From: Nitrosopumilaceae archaeon
GTDB lineage: Archaea; Thermoproteota; Nitrososphaeria; Nitrososphaerales; Nitrosopumilaceae
Length of the DNA: 64,000 bases
Direction of reading: 5' to 3'
Assembly (NCBI GenBank): GCA_052389415.1
Contig: JBQTHX010000030.1
Location: 32,001-96,000, forward strand
The position numbers and the translations under genes are program-made. The notes under the pieces were generated by a model. The model was not told the origin of the DNA and did no database searches. It saw only the letters and a program-made list of their open reading frames with translations. This document shows, in pieces, positions 1 to 7,715 of the stretch (position 1 is the stretch's first letter; each line of letters begins with the position of its first letter).

Positions 1-44
1 TTTATTCTATTCTAGAAAGATAAGATGCAACCATTTTTAAATAA

Positions 45-1331
45 ATGAGTTCCTTCGATTATATGCAAGAGTTTTTTCTTCAAATATCAAGTATTGAATT
101 ACCAAAAGAAGATTTCATAGGTGATCTTGCAATAATTATGATTCTGGCGGCTATTGTGACACTTGCCTTTTTCAAAATTCGTCAGCCAATTATTATAGGA
201 TACTTGTTTGCAGGAATGTTGATAGGACCTCTTTCTCCTCTTTGGGTTTCTCTCCTGCCTAGTGGAATATCCTCGTCATCTGGTATTGAAAACATCATAG
301 CGCTTTCAGATCTCAAAATCTTAAACGTTTTTGCAGACATTGGAATAATTCTATTGCTGTTCGTAATTGGAATAGAATTTCCTATTGCAAAAATAAAATC
401 CATAGGAAAAGTTGCAATAGGTATGGCAACAATAGAGCTCTTTCTAGCATTGGGAATTATTTTTTTCATAGGTGTATCGATTGGGCTCAATTTTATGGAT
501 TCATTATTTCTAGCCGCGGCTCTTTCAATTAGCAGCACTGCTATAATAATCAAAATTCTTGAGGATATGGGAAAGATCAAAAAGGAATCAACAGTTTTAG
601 TACTTGGTATCCTGATTGTGGAGGATGTAATTGCAGTAATCCTAATTGCATCTTTACAATCTATTGCACTAGTAAACAATGTATCATTCGAAAATATTAT
701 TATCATAAGCGGAGTTGCAGCAGCATTGATAGTAGGTACTCTAACTGTAGGTGCTCGAGTAATTCCAAGATTAATTGATAGAGTAGCAAATACTGGGCAT
801 CATGAAATTCTTTTAATCTCTGTACTTGGTCTATGTTTTGGATACGCTTTATTTTCTAACTTGGTTGGCTTATCGGTAGGAATAGGTGCGTTTTTGGCTG
901 GTGTTCTTGTAGCTGAATCGAGATCTTCCGAAGTTTCCAAAGTTCTTGCTAGTCCAATTAAGGACATGTTTGTTGCAATATTCTTTGTTTCTGTAGGGGC
1001 TCTTATGGACATTAACCAGTTACAAAACTATATTGTAATTGCAATAATTTTCATGCTCATAGCTATATTGATCAAATTTGGTGGCACTTTGTTTGGTGGA
1101 TTCTTGTTTAGGCAAGGATTAAGCAAAACACTCCGTTCGTCAATATCTTTGTCTCCAAGGGGTGAATTTTCAATTATTATAGTAAAAGTTGGTGTAGACA
1201 TGGGTGCAATCAGCGCCTTCTTATTCCCTATGATAGGAATCATTTCAATAATAACGGCCTTCATAACACCATTTATGATTAAAACTGGAGACAAAACAAT
1301 CCTCAAAAATTCAATGGAACGTGAATTATGA
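45..1331 (+). CDS. Cation:proton antiporter, CPA2 (KefB/NapA-like) family
   Basis: 428 aa, about 12-13 hydrophobic helices; motifs 'LLLFVIGIEF', 'SISSTAIIIK', 'ILIVEDV', 'PRGEFS' typical of CPA2. Confidence 0.9.
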   Translation: MSSFDYMQEFFLQISSIELPKEDFIGDLAIIMILAAIVTLAFFKIRQPIIIGYLFAGMLIGPLSPLWVSLLPSGISSSSGIENIIALSDLKILNVFADIGIILLLFVIGIEFPIAKIKSIGKVAIGMATIELFLALGIIFFIGVSIGLNFMDSLFLAAALSISSTAIIIKILEDMGKIKKESTVLVLGILIVEDVIAVILIASLQSIALVNNVSFENIIIISGVAAALIVGTLTVGARVIPRLIDRVANTGHHEILLISVLGLCFGYALFSNLVGLSVGIGAFLAGVLVAESRSSEVSKVLASPIKDMFVAIFFVSVGALMDINQLQNYIVIAIIFMLIAILIKFGGTLFGGFLFRQGLSKTLRSSISLSPRGEFSIIIVKVGVDMGAISAFLFPMIGIISIITAFITPFMIKTGDKTILKNSMEREL

Positions 1332-1753
1332 CTTCTGATGAGATGGAAAGACTTCTTGCAAAAGTTCACAAGGGTATAACATTATTCGATTATAGCGGAA
1401 CTAAAGTTCCTTGTATAATATTTGAAGAGAAGAAATTTGATGACATCATGAAAGCAATAGCTGGAAAGCCAGTCTCAGTTGAAACTAATCTCAACATTCT
1501 TCAAGATGGATTGGGACACGTGTTTGTTGAAATTTTACTAAATTTTTCATCCGGTGGATTTGAAGAAAAATTATTGTTATATGCAAACGATTCGATTGAA
1601 TTCTTTGAATCTCTTGAAAACTCCTCCATGCTTGCACTATCTTCACCACATTCAGAATATGGAAAATCAAATGTCTTTATGATTCAACTTCCAAAACAGG
1701 ATAGAATCAATAATGCATTAGATATAATTAGAAAAGGCATTAAAAAAGACTGA
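1328..1753 (+). CDS. Hypothetical protein, coupled to the antiporter gene
   Basis: 141-aa ORF with ATGA overlap on the antiporter stop codon; natural globular composition. Confidence 0.75.
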   Translation: MTSDEMERLLAKVHKGITLFDYSGTKVPCIIFEEKKFDDIMKAIAGKPVSVETNLNILQDGLGHVFVEILLNFSSGGFEEKLLLYANDSIEFFESLENSSMLALSSPHSEYGKSNVFMIQLPKQDRINNALDIIRKGIKKD

Positions 1754-1755
1754 AA

Positions 1756-1829
1756 TGCGGTTGCCGGGATTTGAACCCGGGTCGCGGAATTGGCAATCCC
1801 GCATATTAACCAAGCTGTACTACAACCGC
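1756..1829 (-). tRNA. tRNA-Gly(GCC)
   Basis: Reverse complement GCGGTTGTAGTACAGCTTGGTTAATATGCGGGATTGCCAATTCCGCGACCCGGGTTCAAATCCCGGCAACCGCA folds as a cloverleaf; anticodon loop TT-GCC-AA; no intron; CCA not encoded. Confidence 0.96.
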
Positions 1830-1911
1830 TTAAACGATTTAAAAAATTCTAGTCTATTAAAGCGTACTGGTTGGCAACACTATTTTTAATATCGATTTAG
1901 CTAGATAAAAC

Positions 1912-2187
1912 GTGGATCCAAAACTAGTAGAAAAAATCAACCAGAAGATCAGAGAAGTTGCTGAAAACTCTGACGAAATTTTAAAAATAATAAATTCACT
2001 TGAAAAATTGCGGACTAGCTCGGATTCATTTGGCTATGGTATAGCCGTGGGCAGACTTTACAATTCGTTTTACTATCAATGTAGACGAATTCTTAAGCGT
2101 AATCCTTCAAAAGAAGAATTTTTGGAATTTCTTGATATTATAAACAAAAGACAAAAAGAAATTCTTGATGCACTAAAACTAAGTTAG
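1912..2187 (+). CDS. Small helical hypothetical protein
   Basis: 91-aa ORF with GTG start and TATA-like 'tttttaata' about 25 nt upstream; convergent overlap with rpl10e. Confidence 0.75.
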   Translation: MDPKLVEKINQKIREVAENSDEILKIINSLEKLRTSSDSFGYGIAVGRLYNSFYYQCRRILKRNPSKEEFLEFLDIINKRQKEILDALKLS

Positions 2188-2684
2188 TGAGCCTTTAAAG
2201 GGAATACTTTGATTGTCGGCGTAACGGGCAATTTCACACATGCTCCATGCAGAGCCTTTTTTGCAACTTCAAGATGTTCCTTTTTAACATAGACTTCCAT
2301 AATGCACTGACCAGCGTTGATGCGTGCAGCTAAACTTACTGCTTTTCCAAAAGCTCCTCGCATGCCTTCTTGGAGTCTGTCTGCTCCAGCAGTTGCGATC
2401 ATCTTATTTTCTCTAAGTAAAACATGTGGATAGACTCGAAGGATGGAAAAGTAGCCCATTTCTCCTGCTACCTTCTCAATTGCCTTGTTTGCCGCAAGCC
2501 TTGCTGATTCTATTGCCATATGTCTTACCTGCATTTTCTCATTTGAACAGAGCTGGACACAATAATCATAATCGGCTCTTTGACCACTAGCGAATTTGGC
2601 TATTTTTATCTGAGGTTTACCCTTGATGTACTGCTTTCTCGTATACGGTTGACCATTACCAGTTCGATAGTTTGCGCCGTGCAT
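2184..2684 (-). CDS. rpl10e: 50S ribosomal protein L10e (uL16)
   Basis: Motifs 'RVYPHVLLRENKM', 'AGADRLQEGMRGAFGK'. Confidence 0.97.
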   Translation of the reverse strand: MHGANYRTGNGQPYTRKQYIKGKPQIKIAKFASGQRADYDYCVQLCSNEKMQVRHMAIESARLAANKAIEKVAGEMGYFSILRVYPHVLLRENKMIATAGADRLQEGMRGAFGKAVSLAARINAGQCIMEVYVKKEHLEVAKKALHGACVKLPVTPTIKVFPLKAH

Positions 2685-2820
2685 AACAACACTTTTGAAT
2701 GCTTATCATGCCCATATTTTAACCGTGAGATTTTTATGAAACATTTTGTTTACAGTGCAATCTAAAAAATCTGTTGAGACGTAGTCTTATATTGTCATTA
2801 ATGTCTATCTTGTAACCGTT

Positions 2821-3390
2821 ATGTCTGATATTGAGTTCAAAGTTGAAGGAGTGTTAGTGAAAGATCACACTTTGATATCAGACAAGAATACACAAAACAG
2901 TCTAGAGCTAAAAGGCTTTGGTGAAACTATCAAGAAAAAATTTTTCTTAAAACCATTTGAATCACTATATCTTTTGTATGCTGACAAGCTTAAACTAACA
3001 AAAGGAAAGCAACAGGTTAACTTTGATTTTATGATGCAAGAGTGTATAAAATTTGATAATGATGCACTCACAAAATTTCTAATTTACCGTGATTTGCGAA
3101 CAAGGGGATACATAGCAAAAGATGGCTTTGGGTTTGGTTCGGATTTTAGGGTGTATGAGAGGGGCCAGTTTGGTGAAAAAGCAGCCAAGTATGTGGTGTT
3201 TGGGTTAAGTGAGGGAAAACGAGAAAAGATGGGTTTGCTACAAAAGCAGATAGAACAAATAACAACCATGGGAAAAGAACCGGTTATTGCCGTAATTGAG
3301 AGGCGCGGTGAGGTGATTTACTACAAAATTTCAAGAATAAAGTTTCTTGAAAACAAGGACCAACAAGAGCTATCTCCAGTAGAATTCTGA
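2821..3390 (+). CDS. endA: tRNA-splicing endonuclease subunit, probably the structural (non-catalytic) subunit
   Basis: 'FLIYRDLRTRGY', 'GFGFGSDFRVYERG', 'VIYYKIS' match the EndA fold; the catalytic His expected after the Tyr is not seen ('EKAAKY'). Confidence 0.88.
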   Translation: MSDIEFKVEGVLVKDHTLISDKNTQNSLELKGFGETIKKKFFLKPFESLYLLYADKLKLTKGKQQVNFDFMMQECIKFDNDALTKFLIYRDLRTRGYIAKDGFGFGSDFRVYERGQFGEKAAKYVVFGLSEGKREKMGLLQKQIEQITTMGKEPVIAVIERRGEVIYYKISRIKFLENKDQQELSPVEF

Positions 3391-3427
3391 CTTTATCTTA
3401 AAATATTATAAAATATCCTTCATACAC

Positions 3428-3598
3428 GTGGCGTTCAAGGAAATATACTGTCATAACTGCAAAAAGAGTTTAGGCAGATATAACGAGAAATATTTTTCAG
3501 ATATGAAGATAGCTGAAATAATAAAGGCAAACTACTCCTCACACATTCATGAAGGCCACCATATGGTCATAAGAAAAATTACTCCAGAAAATGGCTGA
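3428..3598 (+). CDS. Unlisted 56-aa CxxC...HxxxxH zinc-finger-like microprotein
   Basis: Hand translation MAFKEIYCHNCKKSLGRYNEKYFSDMKIAEIIKANYSSHIHEGHHMVIRKITPENG; GTG start about 20 nt after 'tattataaaa'. Confidence 0.75.
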   Translation: MAFKEIYCHNCKKSLGRYNEKYFSDMKIAEIIKANYSSHIHEGHHMVIRKITPENG

Positions 3599-3659
3599 TG
3601 CCACACATATTGCTAGTTGATTTTAAACGCATACATGCCAATTATAGAATTTAAATTTT

Positions 3660-3680
3660 TAGTACGAATCATTCGTACTA
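3660..3680. promoter_or_regulatory. Perfect 10-bp inverted repeat, candidate operator
   Basis: TAGTACGAAT-C-ATTCGTACTA, directly before the TATA-like 'ttaattata' and 30 nt upstream of the ATG at 3711. Confidence 0.6.
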
Positions 3681-3710
3681 CTTAATTATAATTAACATTC
3701 TCGAATTCTA

Positions 3711-4367
3711 ATGCCAGATGAATCTTGTAGAACATGTGGAGGAGTGCTAATCTCGTGCTCTATGTGCCCAGAATGTAGGAAGATAATACAATGGATCTGT
3801 AGACAGTGTGGCTCAAAGACCGCAGAACAGTTTCATGATCGTTGCCTGTACATAGAATCAATTACATCAAGAAACGGTATGGAGATGGAAGTTGTGATAT
3901 CACCTCAATTAGGCCATAAATCTAGCATATATAGGAATAATAGCAAAAATCATACGTTACGTGATTCACTGCTAGTTTTCGGCGTTGTTGGATTTTTTGT
4001 TTTAGGGGTTGCTTTTGCAAGCTACTCTGATCTGTTTGAAAGTCTGACTGGTGAGGCTCAGACAATCAAGCCAACTATATTGAAAGATGGAACATTAGAA
4101 TACCACAACAAGCACTTTGATACAGTTTATGAAAATTGTTTAGGTGATGGGGCTGCACAATCTATAACAGTTACCTGTCCAAATGGAAAAGGCTCTGTCT
4201 ACAAGGCAATCCTCGCTATGCCACACGAACTGGCAGCCAAATTCGCAAATGACATTTTCTCTATACGTGGTATTTCTTTAAATGAGAGCTCAGATGGCTC
4301 TGTTATCTTGGAATATGTGAACAAATTTTACAGCACTAGCTTTTTAGAAACTGAAGGCAAAGTCTAG
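3711..4367 (+). CDS. Membrane protein with N-terminal multi-CxxC zinc ribbon, one TM helix and a C-terminal domain
   Basis: CRTC, CPEC, CRQC, HDRC in the first 45 aa; hydrophobic 'LLVFGVVGFFVLGVAFA'; two further Cys in the C-terminal domain. Confidence 0.8.
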   Translation: MPDESCRTCGGVLISCSMCPECRKIIQWICRQCGSKTAEQFHDRCLYIESITSRNGMEMEVVISPQLGHKSSIYRNNSKNHTLRDSLLVFGVVGFFVLGVAFASYSDLFESLTGEAQTIKPTILKDGTLEYHNKHFDTVYENCLGDGAAQSITVTCPNGKGSVYKAILAMPHELAAKFANDIFSIRGISLNESSDGSVILEYVNKFYSTSFLETEGKV

Positions 4368-4534
4368 GACAATAGGCATAATTCACAATCACATAATGTT
4401 TTTTGATCGTTTTTAGCAAGACACTTGCTATGTTGTCCTGCTTGGCATTGAACGCAGATTGCGTTTTTATTTTCTAATTCCGAATATTTGGGAGCACCAT
4501 CAAATCCAAAGCCACCATCTTTTGGTCCAACCAC
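4364..4534 (-). CDS. Unlisted 56-aa Cys-rich microprotein
   Basis: Hand translation MVGPKDGGFGFDGAPKYSELENKNAICVQCQAGQHSKCLAKNDQKTLCDCELCLLS (CxxC, HxxC, CxCxxC); GTG start; stop overlaps the convergent gene's stop (CTAG). Confidence 0.72.
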   Translation of the reverse strand: MVGPKDGGFGFDGAPKYSELENKNAICVQCQAGQHSKCLAKNDQKTLCDCELCLLS

Positions 4535-4592
4535 ATACAGTATTGCTTTTTACTAGTATTTTTGCATGCTCGTTGAATTATAAAAAATCTAG

Positions 4593-4668
4593 TGCTCCCG
4601 CCGGGATTTGAACCCGGGATCACCGCCTTGAGAGGGCGGTATGCTTAGCCGGACTACACCACAGGAGC
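4593..4668 (-). tRNA. tRNA-Glu(CTC)
   Basis: Reverse complement GCTCCTGTGGTGTAGTCCGGCTAAGCATACCGCCCTCTCAAGGCGGTGATCCCGGGTTCAAATCCCGGCGGGAGCA; anticodon arm CCGCC-CT-CTC-AA-GGCGG. Confidence 0.96.
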
Positions 4669-4779
4669 TTGCTAAATGCCATAAGGAATTAGCAATTTAA
4701 AGCAATGTTTTAGCATTACATGGATTTGTAAAATTTAACAGCTTGGATACTTTATACCAAAAATCAAATAATTATTTTT

Positions 4780-5658
4780 ATGGATGTAAAAAATATAATT
4801 CCAAAACTATCGACTACGAATTTTCCAGTTGGACTTGGTGGCTGTAGAAGTAACGGTACTAGCTTTGAATGTTGCGAATACAATGTCACTATCTTCGACG
4901 AAAAAAAAGGCGAGTCTGTGCATGAAATTGATGGCGAATTAATCAAACTTCATCATGCTTCGCTTGCCGAGACTGATCCTGCAATTTTAAAACAATTTGA
5001 AAATTTATGTGTATTATCGGATGATCAATGGAAACTACGCATATTTTTATCAGAAATTAAAAAAAAAGAAATCAAAATCTCAGATTCTTATACTCAAAAC
5101 TGTTTAGTTGATGCTGGAATATGTGCTACAAAAGCAAGGGAAGGAGTAAGAAGATCGGATCCATTAGCGCCAATATGGGTAAAATGCAGTGCATATTTTC
5201 TATCAGATGCAATTTCATTACTTAATTATAAAAGACCAAGCCCTACACACATGTTGGAATCATTACGCAGATTCGAAAAAAATAGAATAAATAAAAATTT
5301 TGATACAGTCCACGAGTGCCTAGGAATCGAGAGAGCATCTACCTCTCTTCTACAAAGAATGCTCAAGTCTACCATGGGATTCTCTGATATCGTAGAAGCT
5401 AATGGTAATTCAAAAACTATAGAAGGAAAATATAATTATCTAATAAAAAATTCGTTTCTTTCTGATTGTTATTTCTATCTTGGCTATACAAATAGAAACA
5501 ATATAATTAAAATCAGAGATTCATTGCATAAAAAAACAGATTTTATTCACATTCTTAGAGTTGGATTAGACATTGAAAATGATCCATTAATTGTGGAAAA
5601 TCAAGCTACACTCCTTTTAAAAACAACAAATGAAATTCTATCATTTATTAAAAATTAA
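4780..5658 (+). CDS. Hypothetical protein, possible degenerate pol-beta nucleotidyltransferase fold plus helical domain
   Basis: 292 aa; 'VGLGGCRSNGTSFECCEYNVTIF' resembles the hG[GS]x9-13DhD motif with altered acidic residues. Confidence 0.75.
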   Translation: MDVKNIIPKLSTTNFPVGLGGCRSNGTSFECCEYNVTIFDEKKGESVHEIDGELIKLHHASLAETDPAILKQFENLCVLSDDQWKLRIFLSEIKKKEIKISDSYTQNCLVDAGICATKAREGVRRSDPLAPIWVKCSAYFLSDAISLLNYKRPSPTHMLESLRRFEKNRINKNFDTVHECLGIERASTSLLQRMLKSTMGFSDIVEANGNSKTIEGKYNYLIKNSFLSDCYFYLGYTNRNNIIKIRDSLHKKTDFIHILRVGLDIENDPLIVENQATLLLKTTNEILSFIKN

Positions 5659-5724
5659 GATATTATAACGGCGTTTTTTATTTTTTAATAAACCTTTAAA
5701 ACCCAGTGGGAGATCACAATCTAT

Positions 5725-5868
5725 ATGACAGATGCCGCTTGTGGATGCGACGCCTCCGCGGATGGGGGAAATGAATGCGATTGTCAAATGCAAGGAGAAT
5801 GTTATTGTGACGCTAATTGTACTTGCAAACAACAAGTGTGTAAAGAAAACGTAAAACAGTACAAGTAG
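5725..5868 (+). CDS. Unlisted 47-aa metallothionein-like protein
   Basis: Hand translation MTDAACGCDASADGGNECDCQMQGECYCDANCTCKQQVCKENVKQYK: 9 Cys, four CxC motifs; TATA-like 'tttaaaa' about 25-30 nt upstream; T-rich tract downstream. Confidence 0.8.
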   Translation: MTDAACGCDASADGGNECDCQMQGECYCDANCTCKQQVCKENVKQYK

Positions 5869-5879
5869 ATTTTCGCTGC

Positions 5880-5899
5880 TCCCTTTCTTTTCTTTTTTA
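5880..5899 (+). terminator. Oligo-T archaeal terminator candidate for the metallothionein-like gene
   Basis: 'tccctttcttttcttttttaa' about 12 nt after the TAG, between convergent genes. Confidence 0.5.
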
Positions 5900-5907
5900 A
5901 TAAAAGA

Positions 5908-6078
5908 TTACTTTTCCTCTTCCTCTTCAAGATCCCATGATTTTACTAATTCCTTTTGGAATTTGTCTACCTGTTTTTCATTCAAATGATCTCCACAATT
6001 TTTATGGGTAGGAACAACAGTCATACCGTCAAGTTTGAATTCAACTTCATAAAGATGCACTTTATCGCATTCACACAT
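5908..6078 (-). CDS. Unlisted 56-aa CxC...HxxC microprotein with acidic tail
   Basis: Hand translation MCECDKVHLYEVEFKLDGMTVVPTHKNCGDHLNEKQVDKFQKELVKSWDLEEEEEK; ATG start; divergent from the cupredoxin gene. Confidence 0.78.
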   Translation of the reverse strand: MCECDKVHLYEVEFKLDGMTVVPTHKNCGDHLNEKQVDKFQKELVKSWDLEEEEEK

Positions 6079-6153
6079 GTCCGAAATATTAGTCTACCAG
6101 TATATTTGCCTATTTGAAAGATTTAACTATAGGATTTAGATTTATGGAGTTAC

Positions 6154-7698
6154 TTGAAAAAGAATTTAACAATTATTCTTTTTACAATTTTGCTTGTTTT
6201 TCCAATTGGAATTAAGACCTCGTTCGCCGCTGATACTTGGTATGCTGGTGAGGGATTAAAACAAGGCGACTTTTTTAGGTACAATCTATGTCACGTAGAT
6301 CTGGATTCATGCACACCATTTGAGATGGATTTTTGGGTGGAAGGTAAAACAGAGCATGGTGAATGGGATCTTAAAGTACTTGTAATTGATGGCAACAAAA
6401 GAGTCAGAGGTGATATTGAGATTGGCAGAGTTGCGCCAGAACCCCTTGTTGTTAGTAAAGGATTAGAAAGTTATGCTTCTGCGTATAAATCATCAATTGT
6501 TTGGTTATCAGCTTTTGCGACTCGAATTGAACCACAAGACTTTGCTGCCCCAGCTTGGGGTAAGATTGGTTCAATTGGCGGCATGGAAGTTGGTCCACGT
6601 GGAGTTCAGGAGACGGTAATTGTTGAAGCGGGGTCCTTTGACACTCATCTGATTGGTTGGCATAAATCTACTGACAACAAGATTTGGGTAAAAGACGATT
6701 TTCCCTTTCCAATTAAAGCACTCACTTTCGTTGATGTGAGCAGCGGAACTATACCAATTCAATTTCAGTTTGAACTACTAGAGTATGGTAATACTGCGAA
6801 TCCGCCTGACTTTATTGATGACGGTAATACAATACCAGAGCCAATTGATGATGAATGCCCAAAAGATAATTCGGTAAAACAGGGACATGATAGTCTTGAT
6901 TCTCATGGAATGGTTCTGTCATACGGTTATACGCCAGAAATTCCAAAAAGCGGGTGTGAAATCATATGGACCATAGAATTTCAAAAAACATTCGATGTAA
7001 ACCAATTTGAATCAGATGTTCACTATGACATATTTGTCGTAGATGACAATGGTGATTATTTAAGATCCCTCTCTCAAGAAAAAGGTAGTGACCATCTTTT
7101 TGCACCAGTTGGGAAAGAATTTAGGAAGATGGATGTAAAGGAACCACCAGGAAAAGCACATTATGTCATCCATGTTTATGGAACAGGTCCAGATGGAACT
7201 GCTCCAGACGCAACAAAAAGTGGTAGCTTAAAAATTGATATCGATATAGGAAAAGGTTCCGGTACTGTTACTACTCCAGTGAAAAAACCAAACCCTCCCA
7301 TGAAAATTACTATTGACATGCCTGAAGGGGCAGCAAACATAGAAAATGAGGTATTCTATGCTCCTTCAGATACATATGTTACGCCAGGTTCTACAATCAC
7401 TTGGACTAACAGTGATACCGCAGCTCATACAGTCACAAGTGGAAGCCCAACAGATGGACCAGATAATAAGTTTGACAGTGGACTGTTTGGTCCCGGAAAG
7501 AAATTTGAAACTGTACTTGTTGAAAAAGGAACTTACTCTTATTTCTGCCAAGTTCATCCTTGGATGACTGGTTCTATAACGGTTGATCCTGCGGCAATTC
7601 CAGAATTTCCAATAAGTGTAATGATAATCTTGACCTTGGTTATTACGGCAAGTGTTGTAATCTCGAAATTTAAAAACATACCTAGTCCTAAACTATAA
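6154..7698 (+). CDS. Secreted multidomain blue-copper (plastocyanin/cupredoxin) protein with PEF(G)-CTERM-like sorting signal
   Basis: Signal peptide; type-1 Cu ligands 'AHTVT' and 'YFCQVHPWM'; C-terminal 'IPEFP' followed by a TM helix and basic tail. Confidence 0.92.
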   Translation: MKKNLTIILFTILLVFPIGIKTSFAADTWYAGEGLKQGDFFRYNLCHVDLDSCTPFEMDFWVEGKTEHGEWDLKVLVIDGNKRVRGDIEIGRVAPEPLVVSKGLESYASAYKSSIVWLSAFATRIEPQDFAAPAWGKIGSIGGMEVGPRGVQETVIVEAGSFDTHLIGWHKSTDNKIWVKDDFPFPIKALTFVDVSSGTIPIQFQFELLEYGNTANPPDFIDDGNTIPEPIDDECPKDNSVKQGHDSLDSHGMVLSYGYTPEIPKSGCEIIWTIEFQKTFDVNQFESDVHYDIFVVDDNGDYLRSLSQEKGSDHLFAPVGKEFRKMDVKEPPGKAHYVIHVYGTGPDGTAPDATKSGSLKIDIDIGKGSGTVTTPVKKPNPPMKITIDMPEGAANIENEVFYAPSDTYVTPGSTITWTNSDTAAHTVTSGSPTDGPDNKFDSGLFGPGKKFETVLVEKGTYSYFCQVHPWMTGSITVDPAAIPEFPISVMIILTLVITASVVISKFKNIPSPKL

Positions 7699-7715
7699 CC
7701 AAAAATTAAGTATAA

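Noticed and set aside
182-1369. Ile-rich antisense ORFs over the antiporter (similar ones at 11615-12157 and 55960-56514)
   Set aside because: Shadow ORFs opposite well-identified genes
5641-5835. 64-aa minus-strand ORF in the track
   Set aside because: Overlaps the better supported plus-strand Cys-rich gene, which has its own promoter and terminator signals
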